Below are positions 39,362-52,510 of a stretch of 56,508 bases of DNA, one piece after another; within the stretch, counting starts at the first letter, position 1, and every line of letters begins with the position of its first letter. Below the pieces are notes generated by a model. It was not told the origin of the DNA, searched no databases, and saw only the letters and a program-made list of their open reading frames with translations. The DNA comes from Octopus sinensis (Eukaryota). The stretch lies in NCBI RefSeq assembly GCF_006345805.1, contig NW_021832572.1, positions 1 through 56,508 on the forward strand. Reading direction: 5' to 3'. Both the position numbers and the translations under genes were made by a program.

Positions 39362-42300
39362 CTTACTTTGATACTTTGATAGGTTTCGGCCATTATTGGC
39401 CCAGGCCATGTCTAACTTAATAGCACCACCTGGTGATGTCTTTCAAGTCAGAATTTGTGCACTATGGCCCACTCAAGTAGAGAGTTATTGTTTACAGAGA
39501 CATATCCGGGTGTAGGGGGTTTATCCGGGATTTATTGAAGGAATCTGTCCAAAGACTTCTTGAACCCTATAGGGTCAGTTTCTGTTTTAATGTGTTTTGG
39601 TGTAATGTTAAAGAGAGCGGGGCCAATTGAGGTGAAATAATTGTGCCGTATTGTTGTTATGAGATGAGAGTGCGATTTTTGTTTTGGGCGGATGGCACGG
39701 GGCCAAAGCCTTGGATGTACCTTAAAGGTTATGCCAACATCATTTGGGCAAAGCTGATGGAATATTTTCCACATCATTCAGCTGATGTAGCGCTCACGAC
39801 GACGTTGGAGAGAATAAAGTTTTAGCTTTTCTAGTCGACCCCAATAGTCGAGGCCTGTCATGCCATCTATCTTTTTGTGATTGCCCTTTGAGGTGCTTCA
39901 ACTTTTATGATACTTTGTATTGTGTGGGGAGATCACAGTGGACAACAGTATTCAAGGTGGGGTCGGGCAAAAGTGGAGAAGAGAAGGATAATGGTGTGGA
40001 TATCTCTCGACTGGAAAGTTCTGAGAATCCAGGAACACATTTTGCGGGCCATGTCAACTTTGGTGTTTATATGAGTGGCCCAGCTTGTGTTGTTGTCCAC
40101 AATTACTCCCAAGTCTCTGATGTTGTTGGACGCCGCGAGAGTTTCACCTGAAGGAAGGGAGTATGGGAGTTTCAGGGCATCCTCTTTTCCAAAGTGGATT
40201 AGCTCAAATTTATCCTCGTTCAGCAGCATATTGTTTTTTTCTGCCCATTGGATACAGCCAGTAGATCTGACTGAAGGCATGTCCGGTCACTCGCCTCATT
40301 TATGGCCTTCTGTAGCTTGGAATCATCTGCAAAGATTTTTATGTTGCTGTGCTTGATGATGTCATTAATGTTATTAATGTAGATGATGAAAAGAAGTGGG
40401 CCCAGCACAGTGCCTTGCAGAACGCCACTACTGACTTTGGCTGGGCTTGATTTTACCCCTTCAACTACAACATGTTGAGATCTGTCTGTCAGGAAACACT
40501 TGATCCATTTCAGTAACTTTCCAGAGACACCAATGTTGGATAGTTTTTTCAATAGGATCTTGTGATCGACCCTGTCGAAGGCCTTACTGAAATCAAGGTA
40601 GATGACATCGGTGTTGGAGCCCTCTCCCAAAGCTCTCAAAATGTCATCAAAGTGATGCAGGAGCTGCGTTAGGCAGTCCCTTCCATTACGGAACCCATGT
40701 TGGTTAGAGATCAGCCGTCTGTTACATTCCAGAAATTGGGTTATTCGAGATCTCACCACCCTCTCAAATACCTTGATGATATGAGAGGTGAGTGAGATCG
40801 GACGGTAGTTCACTGCAAGGGACTTGTTTCCCTTTTTGAAAACTGGGACAACAGACTGGGACAGAAGGTTTTTTGGAATATAGCCAGCATCCAGTGAGTT
40901 TCTCCACAGATTAGCAAGGGGAGATGCAAGTTGGTGTCGACACATCTTCAGGACACAAGCAGGGAACCTATCGGGGCCTAATGCTGAATTGTGTTTTATT
41001 TCGTTTATCGCCGCTAAGACATCAGGGGCACTAAACGTTATGTCCGATATAGTGTGTTGGGGGTTGACATCACTGATACAGCCCAGATCGGCCATATCAG
41101 GATTACTGAAAACAGAGCAGTATTGTTTCTGCAGTATCTCGGCCATGGATTTGGCATTATCTTGGAGAGTGCCAGTTTCATCAATTAGAGGGCCAACAAT
41201 GGAGACAGTGACCCTGCGTTTCCTCGCAAATGAAAAGAACACTTTGGGGTTGAGTTTGATTTTTTCAATGGCCCACTTCTCCTCAGCTGATCTTTGGTTA
41301 TTGATGAGGGTCTTCATGCATTGTTGGAGGTTATATTTTTTGGATTCAAGCAGTGTGATAACCGTCGAATGTGTGTGTTGCTGTTGGCAGTACTTTAGTT
41401 TGTTAATTTTTTTGTTTGTTCTTTTTATTTTTCTGATAATGGTTTTTCTGTTTTGGGGGATTCTGCACTTTTTGTTCACAGGTCTTGGTGGGGAGTGTTT
41501 TGCACATGTGTCTGTGACGGTGTCCACAAAGATCTGCCAAGATGTTTTATGGTTGGTGGAGATGTATGTATGTGTAAAGGACCAGTCAACATGTGATAGC
41601 TCGTTCCTGATTGCATCCCAGTTGGCATTATGGAGATCCATGTTGTCAAATGGGTGGGCTGGAGGGAGGTCACTAGGATTAGCTTTCTGCTGGTGGAATT
41701 TCATGTTACAGAGAACCATATCATGGTCTGAAAGAAGGGTTTTTTTCCACTGTAACGTTATGTATAGTGTTAGTGTGGTCACTAAACACTAGGTCCAAAT
41801 GTTCTTCTGATGTCTTGTTGGTGCAAGGACAAGTTGGGACAAGAAAAACTCATTCGTAAAGTCGAAAAGTGACTCTGCTGCTTCTTTGTCAGCGGTTGAG
41901 GCGGGAGTGCTTGGTTTCAAACAGTTTGTAGTCCAGTCAACACAGGGTAGATTGAAGTCTTCCATCATGAGTAGGTTGCTAGAATGGCACTGTTGAATAA
42001 AGCACTTAATGCTGTTGAGGCATTCTTTAAAGCACAGTATGGGTGTTTAGGGCGGCCTATAGAGCCCAATTACTGTCAGGTCATTGGCTTTGTTGTGCAC
42101 GGTGACTGATTCACCGTAGCCGTTGGAGAATATATTTTTTCCATCTGCCGTGAACGAATCATGCAGGAAAATGGCAGTTCCACCCTTCCTTCTGCCGATA
42201 CGATCCGCGCGGATGGTTGTGAAATTCTTCACTCTCACTTCGGCTTCCAAGTGGGAGTTGTCAAGGTGGGTCTCAGTGAGAATGAAGAAAGGGATGTGGT

Positions 42301-43236
42301 GTGGATGGTTACCAACCCAGTCTTCAATGAATTGGACCTTCCATTTTTGTGCATTGATGGAAGGGCTGACACCTTGTGCATTGAGTAGAAATGTGAGGTT
42401 AGTGTAGTGGCTGGTTTTGACTGTTGCAGGGGGCTTGGATTTTTTGTGTGTGTTAGTGGCAGCAAGGTGGGGAATTGGTGCACTGGGGTAATAGCATAGG
42501 ATGGTGTTGAGTGATGGCTAGAATATTTTTGTGTATCTCTTTTGCCATGTTCAACATGGCTAAAAAAGAATTTTCCTGCTTAGGGAGCAGTTTTTGGCTG
42601 GAGGTGTGGTTGCACTGTTGGATAGGGTTGTAGTTTCCACTTTTGTTGTTGTTGTTTTTGTGTCTTCCTGCAAAGACTGGACCAGCATTACTGCAGCATG
42701 GTGTGTTTTTACTTTTATTTTTATTCAGGTTTGTGTGTTGGCTTGAAGCCCCGTTTCTGTTTGTGCGTCGGGTCCCTGGAAGATGAGTGAAGGGACAGTC
42801 ACTCAGCAGACATATTCTCTCACGTTGGAAATACCGGCAGATTTTGGGAATCCGAGTTGTGTGTGTTTAGAATTTAGATTTACTATTTGGTGGTGTTGAT
42901 GTTATTGTGGGATGCGTGCTTTGGCCTTGGCCGGTAGTGCGTCTAGTGCCAGGTAGATGCGTGAAGATGCAGTCACTATTTGTGCAGAGTCTTTGGGGCA
43001 GTGAATAGCGGCATATTTTGGGGTTTCTTGTTTGTGCCGTGGGGGGCGCAGTCTGCTTCATATGTTTCTTTAAGTTTTTGTTACTGCAGTAGTATTGAGG
43101 TGGTGATGTGGGGGAAGAGAGCAGTGGTTTCTTATTTGTTTTTTTGTTGGTATTTTTGGTGATAGAAGATGATGGTGGCAGCGGTGGTGATGATGATGAT
43201 GATAATTGTGGTGGTTGCCGTGAGAGCGGTGAAAAG
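39362..43236 (-). mobile_element. CR1-type LINE family B, near full length (partial ORF1 + ORF2)
   Basis: 520-aa RT ORF (40220-41782), EN remnants at 41780-42400 (LTETHL, DFNL, SDH), upstream ORF1-like region with two CCCH fingers, (ATCAAAGT)n tail. Confidence 0.95.
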
Positions 43237-43311
<75 letters not shown>

Positions 43312-43989
43312 ATATATTGTATATATATATGTATATATTATATGTATATATATATGTATATATATACATGTATCTATATGTGTATATATATATATGTATA
43401 TATATGTATATATATATGTATGTATATATATATTATATGTATGTATGATATATATATATATGTATGTATGTATATATATATATATGTATGTATATATATA
43501 TGTATGTATATATATATATATGTATGTATATATATATATATATATGTATGTATATATGTATAAATAAATGTATATATATATGTATATATATATGTATATA
43601 TATGTATATATATGTATATATATATATGTATATATATGTATATATATATATATGTATATATATGTATATATATATATATGTATAGATATATATGTATAGA
43701 TATATATATATATGTATATATATATATATGTATATATATATGTATATAATATGTATATATATATGTGTATATATATGTATATATATGTGTATATATATGT
43801 ATATATATATGTGTATATATATGTATATATATATATGTATATATATGTATATATATATATGTGTATATATAGTATATATATATGTATAATATATGTATAT
43901 ATATAATATAAATGTATATATATATATTTATTATATATATATATATGTATATATATATGTATATATATTTATGTATATATTATATATTA

Positions 43990-44020
<31 letters not shown>
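43237..44020. repeat. Compound (TA)n/(TATG)n microsatellite
   Basis: Direct reading. Confidence 0.95.
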
Positions 44021-44021
<1 letters not shown>

Positions 44022-45174
44022 TAGAAGTCAAGTGTTAGTAGCCATGGGGCCACTTCCATTAACACGCAATAGTGAGCGGTGTTCCGCAGGGCACTGTTTT
44101 GGGACCACTACTGTTCATAAAGGCCCTCTCAGTCATGCCCTCAGCCACGCAGAGAATCACGATCACAAGTTATGCAGATGATACAAAAGTTTCACAGGCA
44201 ATACAGAACCCTGAAGACACTAAACGACTGCAACGTGAGCTGGACAAAATATACAAGTGGCTGAAAAGAATAGCATGCAGTTCAATGCTGAAAAGTTTCA
44301 AGCTTTATGCTATCAGCATGCAAAAGTAAATGCAATACCCAATGAATACACTGGACCCGTAGGAATTGCAATCCCAGAGGCACATTCAGTGCGTGACCTG
44401 GGTATTTACATGAGTGATGACGCAACCTTTCGTGTACATGTTGCTAAATTGGCAATGAAATGTAGACGACTGACCCGATGGATTCTTAGAGCCTTTAGAA
44501 CAAGAGAACAAGAAACCATGATGGTCCTCTGGAGGACACTTGTCCTAAGCCACTTTGACTATTGCTCTCAGCTATGGTCACCATCCAGTGTCAAGTTGAT
44601 CACAGAACTTGAGGCGATCCAACGTAACTACATGAAGAAGATAGCCTCTGTGCAGCATATAAGCTACTGGGAAAGACTCAAGAGATTAAAACTCTATTCC
44701 TTGGAGCGTAGGCGAGAAAGATATGCCATAATATACATCTGGAAGATCCTGGAAGGACTTGTCCCAAACTTTGGCATCGAGAGTTACACAAATGCCAGAA
44801 CTGGGCGCCACTGCGTGGTGCCTAGGACTCCAAATTTGCCATCAAGTTGTAGGACAAGATACTGTGGTAGCCTGGGCTTCCGAGGCCCACAGCTCTTCAA
44901 TATCCTCCCGAAGAACCTAAGAGTCCTGCATGGGGTGGATGCAGATGTCTTTAAAATGAAACTGGATCTCTTCTTGTCAGGTATCCCAGATGAACCAACT
45001 TCACGACAGGAGGTGCAGATGAGAGCAGCTGCATCGAACTCTCTCATGCACCAAATGGCAGTGGCTAAAAAGCATTCGTGAGGTAAAATCATGTAGCAAA
45101 GCAAATGGCGGTACCCCAGCATGGCCACAGCTCATTAGCTGAAACTGGAAAAATCAAAATCAAAATCAATCAAA
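44021..45174 (+). mobile_element. CR1-type LINE family A, 5'-truncated
   Basis: GVPQG, YADD and C-terminal ORF closely matching 5860-6990 in reverse complement. (AATCA)n-like tail. Confidence 0.95.
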
Positions 45175-45260
45175 TATATATATATGTATGTATATATATA
45201 TATGTATATAATATATATGTATATATGTATATATATTATATATGTATACATATATATATG

Positions 45261-45291
<31 letters not shown>

Positions 45292-45301
45292 GTATTATAT
45301 A

Positions 45302-45334
<33 letters not shown>

Positions 45335-45405
45335 ATATTATATATATGTATATATATATATGTATATATATATGTATATATATAATGTATATATATATGT
45401 ATATA

Positions 45406-45439
<34 letters not shown>

Positions 45440-45532
45440 TATATATATATGTATATATATATGTTATATATATGTATATAATATATATATATATATATGT
45501 ATATATATATGTATATATATTATATATGTATG

Positions 45533-45619
<87 letters not shown>

Positions 45620-46135
45620 GTATATATAATATGTATATATATGTATATATATATATATATGTATATATATGTATATATATATATATGTATATATATATGT
45701 ATATTATATATATGTATACATATATATGTATATATATGTATATATATATATGTATATATATATTATGTATATGTATATATATATATGTATATATATATGT
45801 ATATGTATATATATATATGTATATGTATATATGTATATGTATATATATATATATGTATATGTATATATATATATATGTATATGTATGTATATATATGTAT
45901 ATATATGTGTATGTATATATATGTATATGTATATATATATGTGTATGTATATATATGTATATGTATATATATGTATATGTATATGTATATGTGTATATGT
46001 ATATGTTTATATGTATATGTATATATATGTATATGTATATATATGTATATATATGTATATATTTGTATATATATGTATATATATATGTATATATATGTAT
46101 ATATATATGTGTATATATATATATGTATATATATA
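45175..46135. repeat. Compound (TA)n/(TATG)n microsatellite
   Basis: Direct reading. Confidence 0.95.
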
Positions 46136-46258
46136 TAAAATTATTTAACAATTAAAGATAACCTCTTAATAAGGAATCTTAACAAGAAATTATTAGGTAG
46201 ATAATTTCTTGTTAAGATTCCTTATTAAGAGGTTATTCTTAATTGTTAAATAATTTTA
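46136..46258. repeat. Inverted repeat, 58-bp arms, 7-nt loop
   Basis: 46136-46193 versus 46201-46258; two mismatches. Confidence 0.95.
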
Positions 46259-46416
46259 TTCCGAAAAAACGTTTCCTATCCGAAATGCAATTCGAAGAAG
46301 CCTGCCATTTACCGGATGTATTATATGTAAACTTCCCCATGTGCTTCGTTGGAGTGGAACAGATGGCTGTTCGGCTTTGGCGGTACAGGTCGTTTATTTA
46401 TGATATGTTCAGAATC

Positions 46417-46478
46417 AGTCTTGCTGATGAGTACGGTCGCAACTGTGGTAAGTACGAAATCACAGGTGATACAAGACT
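46417..46478 (+). ncRNA. Canonical type I hammerhead ribozyme
   Basis: agtcttg CTGATGA gtac-[17 nt]-gtac GAAA tca-cagg-tga TA caagact. Perfect 7-bp stem I, 4-bp stem II, stem III with tetraloop. Predicted cleavage after A46471. Confidence 0.9.
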
Positions 46479-46662
46479 AAATTCATTTTTTTAAATGTCT
46501 TGCTTTGAAAAATTGCATTGGGTATGAGTAGTAAAATTTTTGGTAGAAATGACTAATGTCCCTCTTAGCGTGTGGCATGTATGTATAATAATGCCCTCTA
46601 TATATAAATGTATATATATATATATATGTATATATATATGTATATATATATGTATATATATA

Positions 46663-48830
46663 TGTGACAAATATGTCCCAGTGTGCAGGGCCAGCACACA
46701 CAAGAACAAAAACAGGATCCCTAGAGAAAGGAGGATTCTTATGAGACGACGGACAAGGATTGCAAACCGCCTGAGCAAGCACACCAAAAGTGGTGAGAAG
46801 TCTCGGCTCGAAAGAATGCTAATGGAAACTGAGAAAAGTCTACATCAGTCCCATGAAAGGAGGAGAGCAGATAAAGAAGCTTGGGTAAGAAAATAGAAAA
46901 TCAAACCCTAAAGCTTTCTTTAAGTTTGCCAAAGAGACAGCCCAAGTGCACCAGAGAATAGGACCTCTCTTCCAAAAAGATGGCTCTCTCACAGGAAATC
47001 CCACGAGGATAAGTGTAATACTGAACGAACAGTTCCAAAGTGTGTTCACTACACCTCTAGGACACAGGCAAGTAAACAACCCAGAAGAATTCTTTGCCAC
47101 TTTACCTGCGGCCAAGAGACAAAAATTGAGTACATCAACATCGAAGATGATGATATCACACTAGCCATTGATGAGATTGACACAAACTCAGCTGCTGGAC
47201 CTGATGGATTCCCAGCGATCCTTCTCAAATCGTGCAAACGAGCCCTTGCAAAACCGCTACAGCTTCTTTTTCAGAGCTTTCTTGCAAGTGGTAAGCTCCT
47301 AGTCAAATTGAAAGAGGGGGTAATATGCCCTATCCATAAGGGAGGTAGCAGAGCAGATGCTAAAAATTATAGGCCTATCTCTCTGACCTCACCACATCAG
47401 CAAAGTCATGAACGAATAGTCCGTAAGAAACTAATCATGTTCCTTGAAGAAAATGACTTGCTGTCTGACACCCAGCATGGATTTCGACCAGGTAGAGGCT
47501 GCCTAACACAGCTCCTGCAACACTATGACTGGGTGTTGAAACAGCTACTAAATGGCTCAAATGTGGATGTAATATATCTCGACTTTGCAAAAGCCTTTGA
47601 TAAAGTCGACCATGGTATGATCTGTCACAAACTGCGTGGTCTCGGCATAGGCGGGAAACTTGGAGAGTGGCTGCACAATTTCCTAAAAGACAGAAAACAG
47701 GCAGTTGTGAGCAATGGAGCCACCTCCAAGGAAACGCAAATAACAAGCGGTGTCCACAGGGCACTGTCTTGGGGCCACTGATGTTCATAGTGGCCCTTTC
47801 AGACATGCCTTCAGTTGCTACGATGACCACCCTTGCTAGCTATGCAGATGACACAAAAGTCTCCCACGCAATACAAAACCCTGAAAATATTGCGCATCTG
47901 CAACATGAGCTGGACACAATATACAGGTGGGCTGAGGACAACAACATGCAGTTTAATGCAGGTAAGTTCCAGGCCCTGCGCTACTGGCACACAAAGGTAA
48001 ATGACGTGAAGACTGGATACACTGGCCCAGGAAGAATTGCAATCCCTGAGTCAAAATCAGTGCGTGACCTGGGCATTGACATGAGCAATGATGCATCTTT
48101 CCAAATGCATATTGCTAATCTGGTGATAAAATGCAGACGGCTAGCTGGATGGATTCTCCGAACTTTCAGAACAAGAGAGAAGGAGACACTGATGGTCCTA
48201 TGGAAAACATTCGTCCTCAGCCGCTTGGACTACTGCTCCCAACTTTGGTCACCACACAATATAAAACAACAGCAGAACTCGAAGCAATTCAGAGAAGCTA
48301 CACAAAGAAAATCGTCTCAATGCAAAATATCAGCTACTGGGAAAGACTGAAGGTATTAAACCTCTTCTCGCTAGAGCGGAGGCGGGGAGATATGCAGTGA
48401 TATACATCTGGAAAATCCTGGAGGGTCTTGTCCCAAACTTTGGCATTCAAAGTTACTCCAACCGCAGAACGGGGCGCCGCTGCGTGGTGCCAAGGATTCC
48501 AACATCACCATCAAAATACAGGTCCAGATACTGCAACAGCTTGGGTTTCAGAGAACCACAGCTCTTTAACATCCTCCCTAAATGCCTGAGAGACTTACAT
48601 GGTGTGGATGTGGGTTTCTTTAAAACTAAACTGGATCTCTTCTCGTTCGGAGTCCCAGATGAACCTACCTCACGACAGGAGACGCGGATGCGGGCAGCAG
48701 CATCGAACTCCCTTGTTGATCAAGTGCCACGTATCAGAGGTGGATTCACAAACTAATGTAGCTCATTCAGCGGTGGTGCCCCAGCATGGCCGCGGCCTTC
48801 GGGCTAAAACATTTTTAAGGATTTAAGGAT
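46663..48830 (+). mobile_element. CR1-type LINE family C, 5'-truncated, many frameshifts
   Basis: RT motifs YRPISL, YLDFAKAFD and YADD spread over several frames. (TTTAAGGA)n tail. Confidence 0.93.
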
Positions 48831-48839
48831 ATGTATATA

Positions 48840-48870
<31 letters not shown>

Positions 48871-49021
48871 GTAAAAAAATATATATGTATATATATATAT
48901 GTATATATATATTATATATATATGTATATATATGTATATATGTATATGTATATATGTATATGTATATATATGTATATATATATAATATATGTATATATAT
49001 ATATATATGTATATATATATG

Positions 49022-49052
<31 letters not shown>

Positions 49053-49228
49053 GTATATATATATGTATATATATTAATATATGTATATATATATGATATA
49101 TATATATATGTATATATATATGTATATATATATAATATGTATATATATATGTATATATATATGTATATATATATCTATATGTATATATATATATGTATTA
49201 TATATATATATATGTATATTAGATATGT

Positions 49229-49259
<31 letters not shown>

Positions 49260-49588
49260 GTATATAGATATATATATATATGTATATGTATATTATATAT
49301 ATGTATATATATGTATATGTATATATATATATATGTATATATATGTATATATATGTATATATATATGTATATATATATGTATATATATATGTAATATATA
49401 TATATGTATATATATATATGTATTATATATATGTATATATATATAGGTATATATATAGTATATATATATGTATATATATTTATGTATAGATATAATTTAT
49501 GTATATATATATTCATGTATATATATATATATGTATATATATTTATGTATATATATATTTATGTATATATATATTTATGTATATATAT

Positions 49589-49627
<39 letters not shown>

Positions 49628-49630
49628 TAT
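48831..49630. repeat. Compound (TA)n/(TATG)n microsatellite
   Basis: Direct reading. Confidence 0.95.
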
Positions 49631-49639
49631 ATATATATC

Positions 49640-51406
49640 TATGTATATAAATCGATTAGTGTATTTTTACCTTGTTAACAATTAACACGGAAAAATAAAT
49701 AAATAGTTACCGGGGCAGCAAAAATCTCACAAGTAAAGGTGTTGTAACTCCTTGTTTATAAAGGTAGGAACTTCGTGTTTACGTCGAATATTTTGAATAA
49801 TATGAATAAAAAAATGGAGGTAACGCAGGTGTAATCAAATATATTTACTTTCGAAACATGTTTCGAAAATTCCACTGATACTATTCAAAAGAATAAATGG
49901 TATAAACAATGCAATCTTCTCCTCAGGATAGTGAAAAAAACGAAACTCGTCAATAAGACATTTTAGCAAAAAATGATGGATTTGTATAGCGATAGACAGA
50001 ACGCCATTAATATTGTTTAAAAAACGTTATATGATATAACGTCATAAGTAGCTAACAGAAAGAGTAGGGATATTAATAGTGAATGTTAAATATAAAGGAA
50101 ATTAAAGTTTAAATTATATATAATGATAGAGACTACTTATATGCACTAAATGTATGTTTTTGCCAATGCTTACATCTGTATGCTCGCTCTATAACCGTGT
50201 TTACTAGAGTATTTTTAGAAAAAATAATGAAAAATAGCTCAGAATTGCAGAGAAGACAGAATTTCTTGCTTTTGTCATATGGTATCGAAATTGAGAGGAT
50301 CAACCATTCTAAATGAAATTGTTCATTGTGGTATTTTAAATCCCAAATCAGTTTGCTGTGACTGGTACTATTCCGTTTATTTCTATCCCTAAATGCTGAG
50401 TAATGGATAGAAATTTTTTTAGATAACTCTAACGATGTGCTTCCAATGTAAAATCGTACTTTATTACGAGTACTGATTATACATTGGTATATAGAATTTT
50501 TAATCTTAGAGTTACTTGACATAAACTTAATTCTATTGGAATTGACTTCAGATACGATAACCTTGTTATTAATATTTCTAGAGGGTTGGATGGTATTAGC
50601 TAAATTAATGTTAGTATAAGTAAATGTATTAATATTTAACAGTTTGTTATTACGAGAAGAGCTAATTTGCAAGAGATTTTTTGTGTTTGAAAAACCTATC
50701 CTAACCTTATGTGAATTGATTATAGAGTAATATCTAGAATTGTTTGGAAAATTCCTAGCAATAGCTTGACGAAACAGCAGTGGGAGATTAGATTTAATTT
50801 GTCTCCCGTAAGGAATTATTAACCAAATATTTTTACTAGTATTCATAGCGTAATTACTTTTGATGGTGTTATATTTACTTTTAGATCGATAATAGGGGAT
50901 TAAATAAGGGTTATCTGCCTTCATTCGCTTTGTATTGGTGCGTAAGTTATGTTTGTTATCAATAATTCTTTTACGACTAGAAATCTTATCTACATTATTG
51001 AATTTACAATTAGACAATCAATGTAGAAAATTTTCTCTGTATAACCTGCTTTGATTAAGGCAGAATTATAGAATTCAGCGTTATTATTGAAAATATCAAC
51101 ATTAGCAGATAATTTAGATAATTTAAATGAAATATTCTTAATTAAGTTCTTAGTAATTGCTCCAGGATGATTACTAAATTTGCTAATGTACTTAAGATTG
51201 GTCAACGGTTTACGATATGGGAAGTAAGAGTCACTGTGTAAATTAAGCGTAATATCTAAAAAGTTGGGCTTTATCAGGTTTATTAATAACCTGCTAACTG
51301 AATAGTTACAGCATATGGAGTTATTGAATATTAACGCATCTCTTAAGGACATTCTATTCCACCTAAGAATGTTTTCCTTAAACAACTTGTCAATAGATAA
51401 ATTCAT
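49640..51406 (-). mobile_element. AT-rich Penelope-like element, 3' half (RT thumb, GIY-YIG endonuclease, hammerhead-bearing 3' region)
   Basis: NFLDITLNL...YRKP...SNHP (50990-51406). The 294-aa ORF has IYQC...FYIGST, CLLCNSE and CKH. Hammerhead at 49845-49932 in the same orientation. Confidence 0.88.
49845..49932 (-). ncRNA. Partly decayed hammerhead (family H1, copy 3) at the 3' end of a Penelope-like element
   Basis: Minus strand: tatc CTGAGGA gaaga-[45 nt]-ttttc GAAA catgtt TC gaaa. Mismatches in stems I and III. Same downstream cgtt..ctccattt motif as copies 1 and 2. Confidence 0.6.
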
Positions 51407-51409
51407 TCA

Positions 51410-51803
51410 TCAACCAAATAAGATCGCTTACCTTTTTCTTTGACAAAAATGACACTCAACAAAACACACTAATGATAAAACATCTGAGTTCAACAAGTTA
51501 TTTAAATCTAAAAATAGTCCGCCGCCTAACCCAAGATTGAAGCAATTTGAAGATGATCTCTGGTCCATTGTGAGAAATGTAAAATTTCAACGATCACCAC
51601 TAAGAAATAAACAACTAAGGTATCTTCGCAACATCATCAAAGAAATCAATTCTATGGATACTATGTTGATTCAATCTGATAAGACTGGAAATCTGTACAA
51701 ACTTTATAAAGACTATTATTTGGAATTACTTAAAAAAGAAATTTAGAAAAGTATAAAAGTGCTAATAAAAGAATACTTAAGAAAGCCAACATTGAGGCTA
51801 TGA

Positions 51804-51810
<7 letters not shown>
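51410..51810 (+). mobile_element. Penelope-like element N-terminal RT fragment, inverted relative to its neighbour
   Basis: LKQFEDDLWSIVRNVKF...LIQSDKTGNLYKL resembles the PLE N-terminal (K/S)ADKT region. Confidence 0.7.
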
Positions 51811-51827
<17 letters not shown>

Positions 51828-51875
<48 letters not shown>

Positions 51876-52449
51876 TATATATATATATGTATGTATATAT
51901 ACATATACATATAATATAATATACATATATATATAATATATATATATATATCTATGTATAATATATACATATATATATGTATATATATATATATACATAT
52001 ATATGTATATATATACATATATATAGTAATATATACATATATATATATATATATACAGATATATATGTATATATATACATATTATATGTATATATATATA
52101 CATCATATATATTATATGTATATATATACATATATATATATTGTAAATATATATACATAGATATATATATATACATATATATATATGTATATATATATAT
52201 ACATATATATGTATATATATATAAACTATATATAGATGTATTATATTACAATATATATATTATATATATACATATATATATATGTATATATACATATATA
52301 TATACATATATTATATATGTATATATATATATACATATATATATAGTATATATATATACATATATATATATGTATATATATAACATATATATATGTATAT
52401 ATATATATACATATATATAATATATATATGTATATATATACAATATATA

Positions 52450-52480
<31 letters not shown>

Positions 52481-52510
52481 GTATCTATATATATATTGAT
52501 ATATATATAT
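51828..52510. repeat. Compound (TA)n/(TACA)n microsatellite
   Basis: Direct reading. Confidence 0.95.

Noticed and set aside
40989-41792. 267-aa plus-strand ORF and similar antisense ORFs over the LINEs
   Set aside because: Antisense shadows of RT coding sequence with no recognisable domains.
45105-46155. Long Y/I/M/C/H-rich ORFs (up to 338 aa) here and in all TA tracts
   Set aside because: (TA)n/(TATG)n repeats lack stop codons in several frames; there is no sign of real coding.
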